Of a stretch of 64,000 nt of DNA, positions 1 through 9,069 are shown piece after piece (the stretch's first letter is position 1; every line of letters begins with the position of its first letter). The notes beneath the pieces were generated by a model. It did not search any database, had not been told where the DNA came from, and saw nothing but the letters and a program-made list of their open reading frames with translations. Both the position numbers and the translations under genes were made by a program. Origin of the DNA: an uncultured Luteolibacter sp. (lineage in GTDB: Bacteria; Verrucomicrobiota; Verrucomicrobiia; Verrucomicrobiales; Akkermansiaceae); assembly GCA_964569415.1 (NCBI GenBank), contig CAZMUK010000001.1, forward strand, positions 16,481 through 80,480. The letters are read 5' to 3'.

Positions 1-94
1 ATGTCCACAGCAGCACAGTGAATCAGTCGAGGTTGTTTTTGTCGCGGGCCGCGAGTTTGGTGCGGGTGGATTTGCGCCAGCGGCCGCCTTGCTC

Positions 95-241
95 TGGCTC
101 GAGGACGACTCGCTCGCCGATCCCGACAATCTCCCGGAACCGCCGGATTTCGCCGAAGAGATCATCGAGAACATCGAAGAGGGTCCCTGAAACTTCGGTG
201 TGGTTGCAGGTGCCCTATCGGCGGGCAGGGTCGGGGAATGA
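95..241 (+). pseudogene. Remnant resembling the C-terminus of a type I restriction-modification M subunit (HsdM), with an in-frame stop
   Basis: Frame from 95 reads WLEDDSLADPDNLPEPPDFAEEIIENIEEGP*NFGVVAGAL, resembling the HsdM C-terminal WLKDDSL..xDNLPxP..LAxEIIENLExGL..F motif. TGA at 188-190; upstream in-frame sequence is not HsdM-like. Confidence 0.55.
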
Positions 242-390
242 CGGCGTTCGGCGAAGTCTCCGCCTGATTCGTCTCCGGCAAATGCGGCCCGGAGAGGCTG
301 CTGGAACCGGGCGGGGAAACCTGCCCGGCCTTTTGCGTGCCGGGAGGGCGGGGATGGGCACGATGATCCGAGCTTTCGGGACCGTGCGTC

Positions 391-2520
391 CTACGCCCTC
401 TTCGTTTCCCGCCACGAGCGGATCATTTCCAGGAAGGGACTGCCGTAGCGTTGGAGTTTCGCCACCCCGATCCCGGGGACCAGCAGGGCCGAGTCGGTAT
501 CGAGCGGTTGGTGGCGCGCGAGGGCCTCGAGGGTTTTGTTGGAGAACACCACATAGGGGGGCATTCCTTCCTGTTTGGCGAGGCGCTGGCGCAGGTCGCG
601 CAGCAGCGAGTAGAGTTGGGGATCGAAGCCGTGGTCCTCGAGGGAGGCCTCTGGGCGCGATGTTTCGCGGGCGGGCCAGACCAGTTGGTAGTTGTCGTCG
701 CCGCGCATGACCCGGTCGCCCAGCGGGGTGAGGGTCATCAGCGGGTATTCGCCGGCGACGGTGTGGACCAGTCCCGCATCCGAGAGCGAGCGGATGAGGC
801 TGTTGAGGTAGCCGCTGCCGAGGTCGCGCAGGATGCCGTGGGTGCTGAGCTTGTCGAGTCCGGCGGCGACGATTTCGCGGGAGCGGCTGCCGGAAAGCAT
901 TTGGACGATGCGGCCGCGGCCGAAGCGCGGTTCCCAGCCTTCGCGGGTGCGGCGCGACATCCGCGCCACGCCGCTGAGCGCCTTGCGGACGGTCAGTGCC
1001 TCCTCGGGGTCCGGTCCGCGGGCGTCGCGCGGGCCGTCCTCGCGGCAGACATCGCAGGACCCGCAGGAGGCCGCGCCGCGTTCGCCGAAGTAGGAGAGGA
1101 TCCATCGCTGTCGGCAGCTGCGGTCGTAGCACAACTCCACCATCGATTTCAGCTTATCGCGGTCGCGCTGCTCCTTTTCAATGATCGCCTCCTCGTCGAG
1201 TTCGAGCTTGCCCGGGGTGATCTCCGGTTTGAGCAATCTTGTGCCGCGCATGCGTCGGCCGGGGATGTCGAAACGGGTGATCCATCCGCCGCGCGCGAGC
1301 ACCGACAGCGCGCTGCCCACCGACATCGCGTTGCGGACTTCGGTGGCTTCGGCCATTTGCTCAATGGTGAGGTGCACCTCGTGGGCTTCGTTGCTTTCGC
1401 GCTGCAGCAGCGCGTAGACAGCCCGGATCTCCGCCGCGGTCGGGTTCGCCCCCTCGATGAAAAACTCCTGGGTGCGGGTGTCGGCGTAGTTGAAAAGCAG
1501 CTCGCAGCACGCCGCTTCCCCGTCGCGCCCGGCGCGCCCGGCCTCTTGGTAGTAGGCCTCGACGCTGCCCGGCACCTCGTAGTGGATCACGAACCGCACA
1601 TCGGGGCGGTCGATGCCCATGCCGAAGGCATTGGTTGCCACCGCGATGTCCGCTTGTCGGCGCAGGAACACATCCTGGGCGCGGGCGCGTTCCGCGTCGT
1701 CCATGCCTCCGTGGTAGGCCACGCATTTGAGTCCCCAGCTTGCGAGGGTTTCCGAGACTGCCTCGACCTTTTTGCGGGTGGCGCAATAGACGATTCCCGT
1801 CTTGTGGGCGGCGATCACCGCGCGCAGGCGCGCGTCCTTGTGGGCGGCGTTCTCCGCTTGGGTGACCGTGAGCGAGAGGTTCGGGCGGGCGAAGCCGCTT
1901 ACCTGTTCGAAGGGTTCGCGCAGGGCGAGCACGCGGCGGATGTCCTCCCGCACCACCGGCGTGGCGGTGGCGGTGAGTGCAACGCATTGCGGGTGGCCGA
2001 GTTTCTCGAGGGCGCGGCCGAGGCGGAGGTAGTCGGGGCGGAAATCATGCCCCCACTGGCTGAGGCAGTGGGCCTCATCCACCGCGAAGAGGGAGACCTC
2101 GATGCCGTCCAGTGCCTTGAGGAAACTTTCCGCGCGGAAGCGTTCCGGGGCGACATAGACCAGTTTGTATCTCCCTTGGCGCAGCGCGTCGAGTCGCTCG
2201 CGTTGCTCCGGCCATGGCACGGTCGAGTTGATCAAGGTCGCGGGGATGCTGCGTGCCTCGAGCGCGTCCACCTGGTCCTTCATCAGCGCGATGAGCGGCG
2301 AGACCACGAGGGTCACTCCGGGAAAGCAGAGTGCGGGGATTTGGAAGCAAAGGGACTTGCCTCCGCCGGTGGGCATCACCACGAGGCCGTCGCGGCCCGA
2401 GAGCACGGACGAGATCACCTGTTCCTGACCCTCGAGGAATCCTCCGAAGCCGAAATACGCCTCCAGCGCCTCTTGCGGCGTGCGGAGAATCGGTTTCGTT
2501 CCCGTGGGGGTGGTCTCCAT
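391..2520 (-). CDS. recQ: ATP-dependent DNA helicase RecQ (helicase core, RQC Zn/winged helix, HRDC)
   Basis: MPTGGGKSLCFQ, VDEAHCLSQWGHDFRPDY, ATNAFGMGIDRPDVR, YYQEAGRAGRDG, CGSCDVC, and a C-terminal HRDC-like LRDLRQRLAKQEGMPPYVVFSN. Start placed at METT (2520); the ORF extends to 2559. Confidence 0.95.
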   Translation of the reverse strand: METTPTGTKPILRTPQEALEAYFGFGGFLEGQEQVISSVLSGRDGLVVMPTGGGKSLCFQIPALCFPGVTLVVSPLIALMKDQVDALEARSIPATLINSTVPWPEQRERLDALRQGRYKLVYVAPERFRAESFLKALDGIEVSLFAVDEAHCLSQWGHDFRPDYLRLGRALEKLGHPQCVALTATATPVVREDIRRVLALREPFEQVSGFARPNLSLTVTQAENAAHKDARLRAVIAAHKTGIVYCATRKKVEAVSETLASWGLKCVAYHGGMDDAERARAQDVFLRRQADIAVATNAFGMGIDRPDVRFVIHYEVPGSVEAYYQEAGRAGRDGEAACCELLFNYADTRTQEFFIEGANPTAAEIRAVYALLQRESNEAHEVHLTIEQMAEATEVRNAMSVGSALSVLARGGWITRFDIPGRRMRGTRLLKPEITPGKLELDEEAIIEKEQRDRDKLKSMVELCYDRSCRQRWILSYFGERGAASCGSCDVCREDGPRDARGPDPEEALTVRKALSGVARMSRRTREGWEPRFGRGRIVQMLSGSRSREIVAAGLDKLSTHGILRDLGSGYLNSLIRSLSDAGLVHTVAGEYPLMTLTPLGDRVMRGDDNYQLVWPARETSRPEASLEDHGFDPQLYSLLRDLRQRLAKQEGMPPYVVFSNKTLEALARHQPLDTDSALLVPGIGVAKLQRYGSPFLEMIRSWRETKRA

Positions 2521-2850
2521 TTGCTGGGCAAATGAACAATACGGCGCCGGGCGCGTCAATCGCCGATCGAAGGGCCTACGGGCGACAAAGCAAAGCCGGA
2601 CGAATCGCGGGGCGGGCAGGTGGAAAACCGGCGCCGAGGCGAGCCGGCGGCTTGCCGGCCCTTGCAGAAGGCATCCCCGTCATCACCACTCGCGGCTGCG
2701 GGGTTCGGCATCATCCTTTGCCGCGCGTGGTGCTTTCGCGACCCGTCGCTGCCGGGTTGCGAGTTCCCTCCCGTGGTTCCTTGGCGAAGCGGATGTGCTT
2801 GCCGCACTTCGCGCTTGGAAGAGGGGTGCCGTGCGGGATAAGCCTGCTTC

Positions 2851-3951
2851 ATGCACGACTCCCGCATCGACGCTCTTGCCCGTCAGTTGATCCGTTATTC
2901 GACCTCGTTGAAAAAGGGCGAGAAGATCCTTTTGGACCTGCACGATGTGCCGGATGTGGTCGGGGTGGCCCTGATCCGCGAGGTGCGCGCGCGCGGAGGA
3001 GTGCCGTTCCTGCGGGTGCATCAGGGGCTGCTCGGGCGCGAAATGTTGCGAGGCGCCTCCGATAGCCAATATGCCGTCATCGCGCGCCACCTGATGGCCG
3101 AGATGAAGGACATGGATGCCTACATTGCGGTTCGCGGCAGCCACAACATCGCCGAGGCATCGGATGTGCCGGCCGACCGCATGAAGCTGGCGATGCGGCA
3201 TCTGCGGCCGGTGCTCGACCACCGGGTGAAGAAGACCAAGTGGTGCGTGCTGCGCTGGCCCACCGCATCGATGGCCCAACAAGCGGGCATGAGCACGGAG
3301 GCCTTCGAGAATTTTTATTTCCGGGTCTGCCTGCTCGATTACAAGGCCTTGGTGCCCGCGATGAACGCGCTCAAGCGCCTGATGGACCGCACCGACCGGG
3401 TGGAGATCAAGGGGCCGGGCACCGATTTGCGTTTCTCGATCCGCGGTATTCCGGCGGTGGTGTGCGGCGGCAGCTACAACATTCCCGACGGCGAAGTCTT
3501 CACGGCACCGGTCAAGGATTCGGTCGAGGGGGTGATCTCCCACAACGCGCCGACGATCTATCAGGGCATTCCCTTCGACTCGGTGCGGCTCGAGTTTTCC
3601 AAGGGCCGGATCGTGCGCGCGGAGGCCGGAGCGAAGACCAAGCAACTCAACCGCATCCTCGACAGCGATCCGGGTGCGCGCTACATCGGCGAGTTCGCGC
3701 TCGGGTTTCATCCGGCGATCCGCGAGCCGATGCGCGACATCCTTTTCGACGAAAAGATCGCGGGTTCGTTCCATTTCACACCGGGCCAGGCCTACGAGGA
3801 GGCCGACAACGGCAACCGTTCGCAGGTGCACTGGGATATGGTCAGCATCCAGCGGCGCGACTATGGCGGCGGGGAGATCCGCTTCGACGGCAAGCTCGTG
3901 CGCAAGGACGGCAGGTTTTTGCCCAAGGCCCTGTCGAAACTCAACGGCTGA
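2851..3951 (+). CDS. Aminopeptidase, M29 (AmpS/PepS thermophilic metalloprotease) family
   Basis: [48 protein letters not shown] are M29 metal-binding motifs. Confidence 0.9.
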   Translation: MHDSRIDALARQLIRYSTSLKKGEKILLDLHDVPDVVGVALIREVRARGGVPFLRVHQGLLGREMLRGASDSQYAVIARHLMAEMKDMDAYIAVRGSHNIAEASDVPADRMKLAMRHLRPVLDHRVKKTKWCVLRWPTASMAQQAGMSTEAFENFYFRVCLLDYKALVPAMNALKRLMDRTDRVEIKGPGTDLRFSIRGIPAVVCGGSYNIPDGEVFTAPVKDSVEGVISHNAPTIYQGIPFDSVRLEFSKGRIVRAEAGAKTKQLNRILDSDPGARYIGEFALGFHPAIREPMRDILFDEKIAGSFHFTPGQAYEEADNGNRSQVHWDMVSIQRRDYGGGEIRFDGKLVRKDGRFLPKALSKLNG

Positions 3952-3978
3952 TGCCGTGTCGCGCTTCGACGCCTTGCC

Positions 3979-5871
3979 TTACTCCTGCAGGTAGGTGCGC
4001 GGCCGGTAGAGCAGTGCGTAAGGGATGAACGCCAGCGTGGTGCCGAGCATCAGCCAGGTGAAAAAGCGGAAGTACGCGGTGCCGCGCAGCTTGGTTTGCC
4101 CGCCGCAGAAGGCACTCAGCATCGGTTCCGTGGCCGCTTGCTTGTCGGCCGGTGCCGCTTCCGCCGCATCTGCCTCGCGCTTCCTGCGTTCCAGCCACGG
4201 TTCGGCGGGCCTGAGGAATCCGGCGCTCGCCGGAGCATCCGCGTCGGCGGGTGCGGGCAGTTCCATGATCACGCCGCAGTCCCATTTCGTCCCGGAGCGG
4301 CGGTCCGGGCCGTTGCCGACGATGCGCACCTGTCGTGAGTTGAGGATTTCGTAACGCAGCGGATTGCTCCAGAAGTCCCGCAGCTCTCCGAGAAGGGCCG
4401 TGGCTTCTGGTTCCGAAGGCAGGCGTCCGCCGGCTTGCGCGGCGCGGTCGGCGACAATCCTCGCCGCCTCGCGAAAAATTTCCATGCCCGGGATTTCCAG
4501 TGCGATCGGTGTCCCTTCACGCAGGCGCTGCACCATGTCGTCGGCGGTTCCGGTGATGCCGTCGTAGCCCGCCAGCACCACTTGGCGCGGATCCTTGTGC
4601 ATGTCGGCGGGCAGCGTTTCCCCGAGCTGGCTTGCGAGTTGTTCCGCCGCCGCATCCGGCACGCGGATTTGGTGATTCACGGCCGCGACCAGAAAATTCC
4701 CGAGCGCCACCGCGCAGAGGTAGAGGCACATCACCAAGGATTTGAGCCGTCGTGGCGCCTGGGTGTATGCGTATTCGAGCGAGACGATCGACACCATCAC
4801 CTCGGCGATCGTCAGCAGCGCGTAGGCGAGAATCTGCCAGCCGATGTTCGGCCGTTGCCCGGCATCGATCCAGCCCTGCACCAGCGTCACGAGGGCGAAG
4901 GCGCCGGTCATGATGAAGAACCCCAGCCCGATCTTGCGCAGCGGCGAGAGCCTCCACACCCGGTCGCCGAGCGGGTAGACCAGATACGCGAAAAGCGGGA
5001 TGAAGGTGAGTACGAACACCGAGTTGAGCGCCTGCACCTGCGAAGGCAGCCACTCCATGCCGAGGAAGCGCCGGTCCATGTCCTCCGCCTGGAAGATCCA
5101 GGTCGATCCGGTTTGGTCGAAGAGCGCCCAGAACATCGCCACGAACAGGTACATCGGCAGCAGCTTGCCGATCGCGCGCAGACCCTCGCCGCCGAGCAGT
5201 TCGCGGAAGAACGCCTTGCCAGCGGGCGGCACATGCACAAAGCGGTTTCGGCCCGCGTGAAAGACGATGGTTGCCAGCAGCATCAGCACACCGGGAACAC
5301 CGAAGGCCCAGTGCGGGCCGTGCCATTCCAGCAACCATGGGGTGAGCAGCATCGACACAAACGCCCCGAAATTGATCGCGAAATAAAACCAGTTGAACAC
5401 CTTGGGCAGCAGGTGCGCGTTCTGTGCGCCGAACTGGTCGCCGACATGCGCCGACACGCAGGGCTTGATGCCGCCCGAGCCGAGGGCGATGAGGCCGAGG
5501 CCCGCGGCGAGCCAACTGGCCGAGTGTCCCGCCAAGCCCATGAAGGCCAGTGCCGCGTGGCCGAGGCAGTAGACGACAGAGAGCGCGATGATGGTGCGGT
5601 ACTTGCCGATGAAAATGTCGGCCAGCAGCGCGCCGAGCAAGGGGGTGAGGTACACCGCACCGGTGAAGAGGTGGACCTTTTCCGCCGCCTCCGCCTCGCT
5701 CATCGGCGAGCCGGGCCGTCCGTCCATCAGGTGCAGGTACTGGACCATGAAGACCGCCAGCACCGCTTTCATGCCGTAGAACGAAAAGCGTTCCGCAGCC
5801 TCGTTGCCTACGATGTGGAGGATGCCGGGAGGCATGCCGATGCTGCCCGAGGGGGAACTGCGGTAAGTCAT
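3979..5871 (-). CDS. POT/PTR2 family proton-dependent oligopeptide transporter with a large insertion before the last helix
   Basis: NEAAERFSFYG (ExxER motif), GSGGIKPCVSAHVGDQF, FNWFYFAINFG, LFDQTGSTW. Start at 5871 overlaps the upstream GT4 stop (ATGA); the longer 985-aa ORF is an upstream read-through artefact. Confidence 0.92.
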   Translation of the reverse strand: MTYRSSPSGSIGMPPGILHIVGNEAAERFSFYGMKAVLAVFMVQYLHLMDGRPGSPMSEAEAAEKVHLFTGAVYLTPLLGALLADIFIGKYRTIIALSVVYCLGHAALAFMGLAGHSASWLAAGLGLIALGSGGIKPCVSAHVGDQFGAQNAHLLPKVFNWFYFAINFGAFVSMLLTPWLLEWHGPHWAFGVPGVLMLLATIVFHAGRNRFVHVPPAGKAFFRELLGGEGLRAIGKLLPMYLFVAMFWALFDQTGSTWIFQAEDMDRRFLGMEWLPSQVQALNSVFVLTFIPLFAYLVYPLGDRVWRLSPLRKIGLGFFIMTGAFALVTLVQGWIDAGQRPNIGWQILAYALLTIAEVMVSIVSLEYAYTQAPRRLKSLVMCLYLCAVALGNFLVAAVNHQIRVPDAAAEQLASQLGETLPADMHKDPRQVVLAGYDGITGTADDMVQRLREGTPIALEIPGMEIFREAARIVADRAAQAGGRLPSEPEATALLGELRDFWSNPLRYEILNSRQVRIVGNGPDRRSGTKWDCGVIMELPAPADADAPASAGFLRPAEPWLERRKREADAAEAAPADKQAATEPMLSAFCGGQTKLRGTAYFRFFTWLMLGTTLAFIPYALLYRPRTYLQE

Positions 5872-7037
5872 GGTGCGTCGGTGCGAGGGCCTTGGTTTCC
5901 GCGGGTTCCGCGCGCGGCCGCGAGAAGGATCTCCTCGAGTTGGTTGCCGATGCGGTCCCAACCGAGCGTTTCCGCGGTGCTTCGCGCACCGCAGCCGAGG
6001 ATGGCGCGCAGTGCCGGATCCGCCAGACGGGTGGCCGACCGCAGGAAGGCCGCCTCGTCGCCTTGCGGGACTTTGAGGCAGTTTTGTCCGTCGATGCCGT
6101 GCCACGCCGCGGCCGCGTGATCGAATGCCAAGGCCGCCAGTCCCGAGGCCATGCCTTCGAGCAGCACATTGCCGAAGGTCTCGGTCACGCTGGGAAAGAG
6201 GAGGATGTCCGCCGAGGCGTAGCATTCCGCCAGCGCGTCGCCCGTGCGATAGCCGGTGAAACGCACCTCCGGGTGCTCGCGCTGCAGGGTGGCGCGCGCG
6301 GGGCCGTCGCCCACCACGATGCAGACCGCCTGCGGCTCGATCGCGCGCAGGGCCGCGAATGCGCGCAGCGCGAGGCCGATGTTTTTCTCGGTCGATACCC
6401 TTCCGGTGACCAGCACCACCGGTGCCTCGGGTGCCGCGCCCCATTCCGCGCGGAGTTGCGGGCTTCGTCGTGAGGGCTGGAAGTGCCGCGTGTCCACGCC
6501 GCGGCCGAGCAGCCTCACCTTGCGGAAGCCGGCCGCAGTGAGGTCGGCCACGATCTGCGGCGAGGGTGCCAGCGAGGCGTACAAGCGGTTGTGGAACCAC
6601 CGTTGGTATGTCAGCACCCGTTTCGCAAAGCGGCGGAATCCGTAGGTTTCCAGATAGTCGTGAAAGCGAGTGTGGAATCCGCCGATCGCCGGGATGCCGA
6701 GGACTCCGGCCGCGCGGAGTGCCGCGTAGCCGAGCGGGGATTCGATGGCGATGTAGACCGCATCGGGTCGCTCGCGCTTCCATCGGCGGCGCAGCCAACC
6801 CGGCCAGGGCGCGCCCACCTTGATTTCCCAATATCCCGGCAGGGGCCACCACGGCAGACCCGTTTCGTGGGGGCCTTGCGGTTTGCCGGGTCGCAGCACC
6901 TCCACGCGGTGGCCCCGCCTGCGGAGTTCCCCGCACAGGGTGCCGAGTGTCATCGCCACTCCGTTGATGTCACCGGGAAAGGTGTCCGATACCACCTCGA
7001 TGTGAAGCGGTCCGTTTCCGGAAGCGGCGGGCATCAT
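5868..7037 (-). CDS. Glycosyltransferase family 4 (GT-B)
   Basis: VVSDTFPGDINGVA N-terminal motif, GRVSTEKNI, VGDGP, FPSVTETFGNVLLEGMASG (E-x7-E). Confidence 0.9.
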   Translation of the reverse strand: MMPAASGNGPLHIEVVSDTFPGDINGVAMTLGTLCGELRRRGHRVEVLRPGKPQGPHETGLPWWPLPGYWEIKVGAPWPGWLRRRWKRERPDAVYIAIESPLGYAALRAAGVLGIPAIGGFHTRFHDYLETYGFRRFAKRVLTYQRWFHNRLYASLAPSPQIVADLTAAGFRKVRLLGRGVDTRHFQPSRRSPQLRAEWGAAPEAPVVLVTGRVSTEKNIGLALRAFAALRAIEPQAVCIVVGDGPARATLQREHPEVRFTGYRTGDALAECYASADILLFPSVTETFGNVLLEGMASGLAALAFDHAAAAWHGIDGQNCLKVPQGDEAAFLRSATRLADPALRAILGCGARSTAETLGWDRIGNQLEEILLAAARGTRGNQGPRTDAP

Positions 7038-7047
7038 GATCGTGGGG

Positions 7048-9069
7048 TCAGCGAACGAGTCTTACCCAAAGTCGTTTCAATTTCGAGAGCAGCCGCAGAT
7101 GGAGTGCGCGGCAATCCCCATCGGTGCCGGGTCGGGCGAGGAGTTCCGCGACCTTCAGCGCGGTGGTGAATTCGCCGGTGGCGGGGTTCACATAGCGTGG
7201 GTAGCGCACCAGCGCGCCGCAGACCAGTTCCTCGACGGAGATCCGCCGTGTCCGGCGCGGGCAGGAAAGGTGGTCGCGGGTCAGGCCCCATCCGGCGTAA
7301 AAGGGCAGCCCGTAGGTCACCACCGCCTTGCCGCGGATGAGTGCCTCGAAGCCGACGGTGGAGGTCATCGTGTGGATCTCGTCGCAGAGATCGAGCCAAT
7401 CGAGGATGTTTCCCGAGGTCACCGCCAGATCACAGATTTCGTGATATTCCGCGGGCAGCAGTTCCCCATGGCGTGCGCCTGCCACCAGATCGGGATGCGC
7501 CTTGAACACGATGCAGGCCTGTGGCTCCTGTTCGCGCACGCGGCGCAGCAGGGCGAGGTTGGTTTTCAGTTCCGGGCTGCCGAAGAGGATCGAGGCATCC
7601 GCCTCCACCTGTCCCGGCACGAGGATCACCTTGCGTCCTCGCACCAGAGCCGGATCGAGCCGCAGTTCTTCGCGGGCGAGGTTGTATTTGGTCAGGCGCT
7701 TCTCGAGCAGGAGTGCGATGAGTTGCCGCGCTTGGGCCAGATCCGCTTCGCCGGAACCTTCCTCGAGGATCCGTTCCAGATCCGAGGTTGCGTCGGCGTC
7801 GAAGTAGATGCCCGTTTCATCGACCACCCACGAGTAGGGGAAATGGAAGGCGGCACCGAGTCCTTTCGATCGTAGGAAGCCGTCCTCGATGCGTGCCGTG
7901 CGGCCGTGGAAGCCGGCGGGAAATTCCTGCTTGCGTCCCCACAGGAGCAACCTTGCCGATGGATCGGCCGCCGTGCCTTGTGCACCGGAAAACGGCAATT
8001 GGTGCAAACGGCCCGCTGGACTGCGCAGGTAGGCCGGGGCGATGCGTTGTTTCCAGGGGGAGAGGCCGATGGCGATGTTCGTGCCGCGGTTGCGGCGGAA
8101 CAGTTCCTTTTGCAGGGCGATGTGATCGAGGATGCGGTCAAGTCCGCAGGGTTCGCCGGTGTCGGGATCGAAGTAATGGCAGTAGCGCAGGTAGGCGTGC
8201 CCGAAAAGTTCCTCCAGCGGCAAGCGTCGGCCGCGGGCGACCGGCGCGCGGTCTTCGGTGAGGCCCCAGCCTGCGTAAAAAGGTGCGCCGAAGACGACCA
8301 CCCGGCAACCGTGGATCAGCGCTTCCATTCCCATCAACGACGAGGCGGCGAATACTGTCCGGCAGAAGGTGAAGCATTGCGCGGGCGAGAGGTCGGGCGG
8401 CAGCAGGTGGAGGCGCTTGTCGTGGAGCAGGTGCCGCGGAAAGCACGACTTGCGCGCGCGGAACAAATGATCCGGGTGAGCCCTCAGGTAGACCGGGGCG
8501 CCCTCGCATTCGTCGAAGGCCGCCTGCAGCATTTCCGCGAAGCGTGCATGCGGGATGCCGCCGTGGCGGATTGCCGCATCGCCGCGGGCTTGATCCACCA
8601 CCAGGATGCCCGGTTTCCGTTTCGCCGGCGCATCTTCATATTCGCCCGGGAACCAGTTGTATTTCGAGGCACCGGTCCCGCGAAATCGTTCCATCGTGGC
8701 GCGAATCTCCGCTGCGCCGAGCGGATCATGGCGCATCCATCCCGACGGGGTGCCGGACTCGAGTGCGTCGAGCAGGTCGGAGCGGCCGTCGTCGGCGTAG
8801 TGGATGCCCTTGGAGTCTGCGATGAGTCCGTAGCAGAACCCTTTGGCGCCCGGTTGCAGGGAGCGCACGAATGCATCCTCGAGCAGAAGCAAGCGGGATT
8901 CTCCGTGACGGCGCGCTCCGTGTCTGGCCGCGAGTCCGCTTGGTTTGCATCCCCATCCCGCATGGAGTGGCGCTGCGGGCGTGCCGAGTTCGCGCAGCAA
9001 GGCGGGCAGCAGCGGGTGCTGCAGCACCTTGCGGTACAGCCACGGGGCGGCGGCTCCCTCGATCCTCAT
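7048..9069 (-). CDS. kpsC: Capsule biosynthesis protein KpsC (tandem Capsule_synth beta-Kdo-transferase-like domains)
   Basis: Two repeats of the EDxFxRS...D..GI(H/Y), x-HPD and SSLMGMEALI / TSTVGFEALIRG...GxPFYAGWGLT motifs. The ATG at 9069 overlaps the upstream stop (ATGA), giving 673 aa. Confidence 0.9.
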   Translation of the reverse strand: MRIEGAAAPWLYRKVLQHPLLPALLRELGTPAAPLHAGWGCKPSGLAARHGARRHGESRLLLLEDAFVRSLQPGAKGFCYGLIADSKGIHYADDGRSDLLDALESGTPSGWMRHDPLGAAEIRATMERFRGTGASKYNWFPGEYEDAPAKRKPGILVVDQARGDAAIRHGGIPHARFAEMLQAAFDECEGAPVYLRAHPDHLFRARKSCFPRHLLHDKRLHLLPPDLSPAQCFTFCRTVFAASSLMGMEALIHGCRVVVFGAPFYAGWGLTEDRAPVARGRRLPLEELFGHAYLRYCHYFDPDTGEPCGLDRILDHIALQKELFRRNRGTNIAIGLSPWKQRIAPAYLRSPAGRLHQLPFSGAQGTAADPSARLLLWGRKQEFPAGFHGRTARIEDGFLRSKGLGAAFHFPYSWVVDETGIYFDADATSDLERILEEGSGEADLAQARQLIALLLEKRLTKYNLAREELRLDPALVRGRKVILVPGQVEADASILFGSPELKTNLALLRRVREQEPQACIVFKAHPDLVAGARHGELLPAEYHEICDLAVTSGNILDWLDLCDEIHTMTSTVGFEALIRGKAVVTYGLPFYAGWGLTRDHLSCPRRTRRISVEELVCGALVRYPRYVNPATGEFTTALKVAELLARPGTDGDCRALHLRLLSKLKRLWVRLVR

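Noticed and set aside
451-2535. Long antisense and alternate-frame ORFs (for example 451-2535 +, 4435-6120 +, 8871-10493 +, 45295-47025 -)
   Set aside because: Shadow ORFs expected in high-GC DNA; they overlap well-supported genes and show no motifs.
5872-6936. N-terminal 350 aa of the 985-aa ORF 3979-6936
   Set aside because: Overlaps the GT4 gene in another frame; the POT motifs begin at the ATG at 5871, which is coupled to the GT4 stop.
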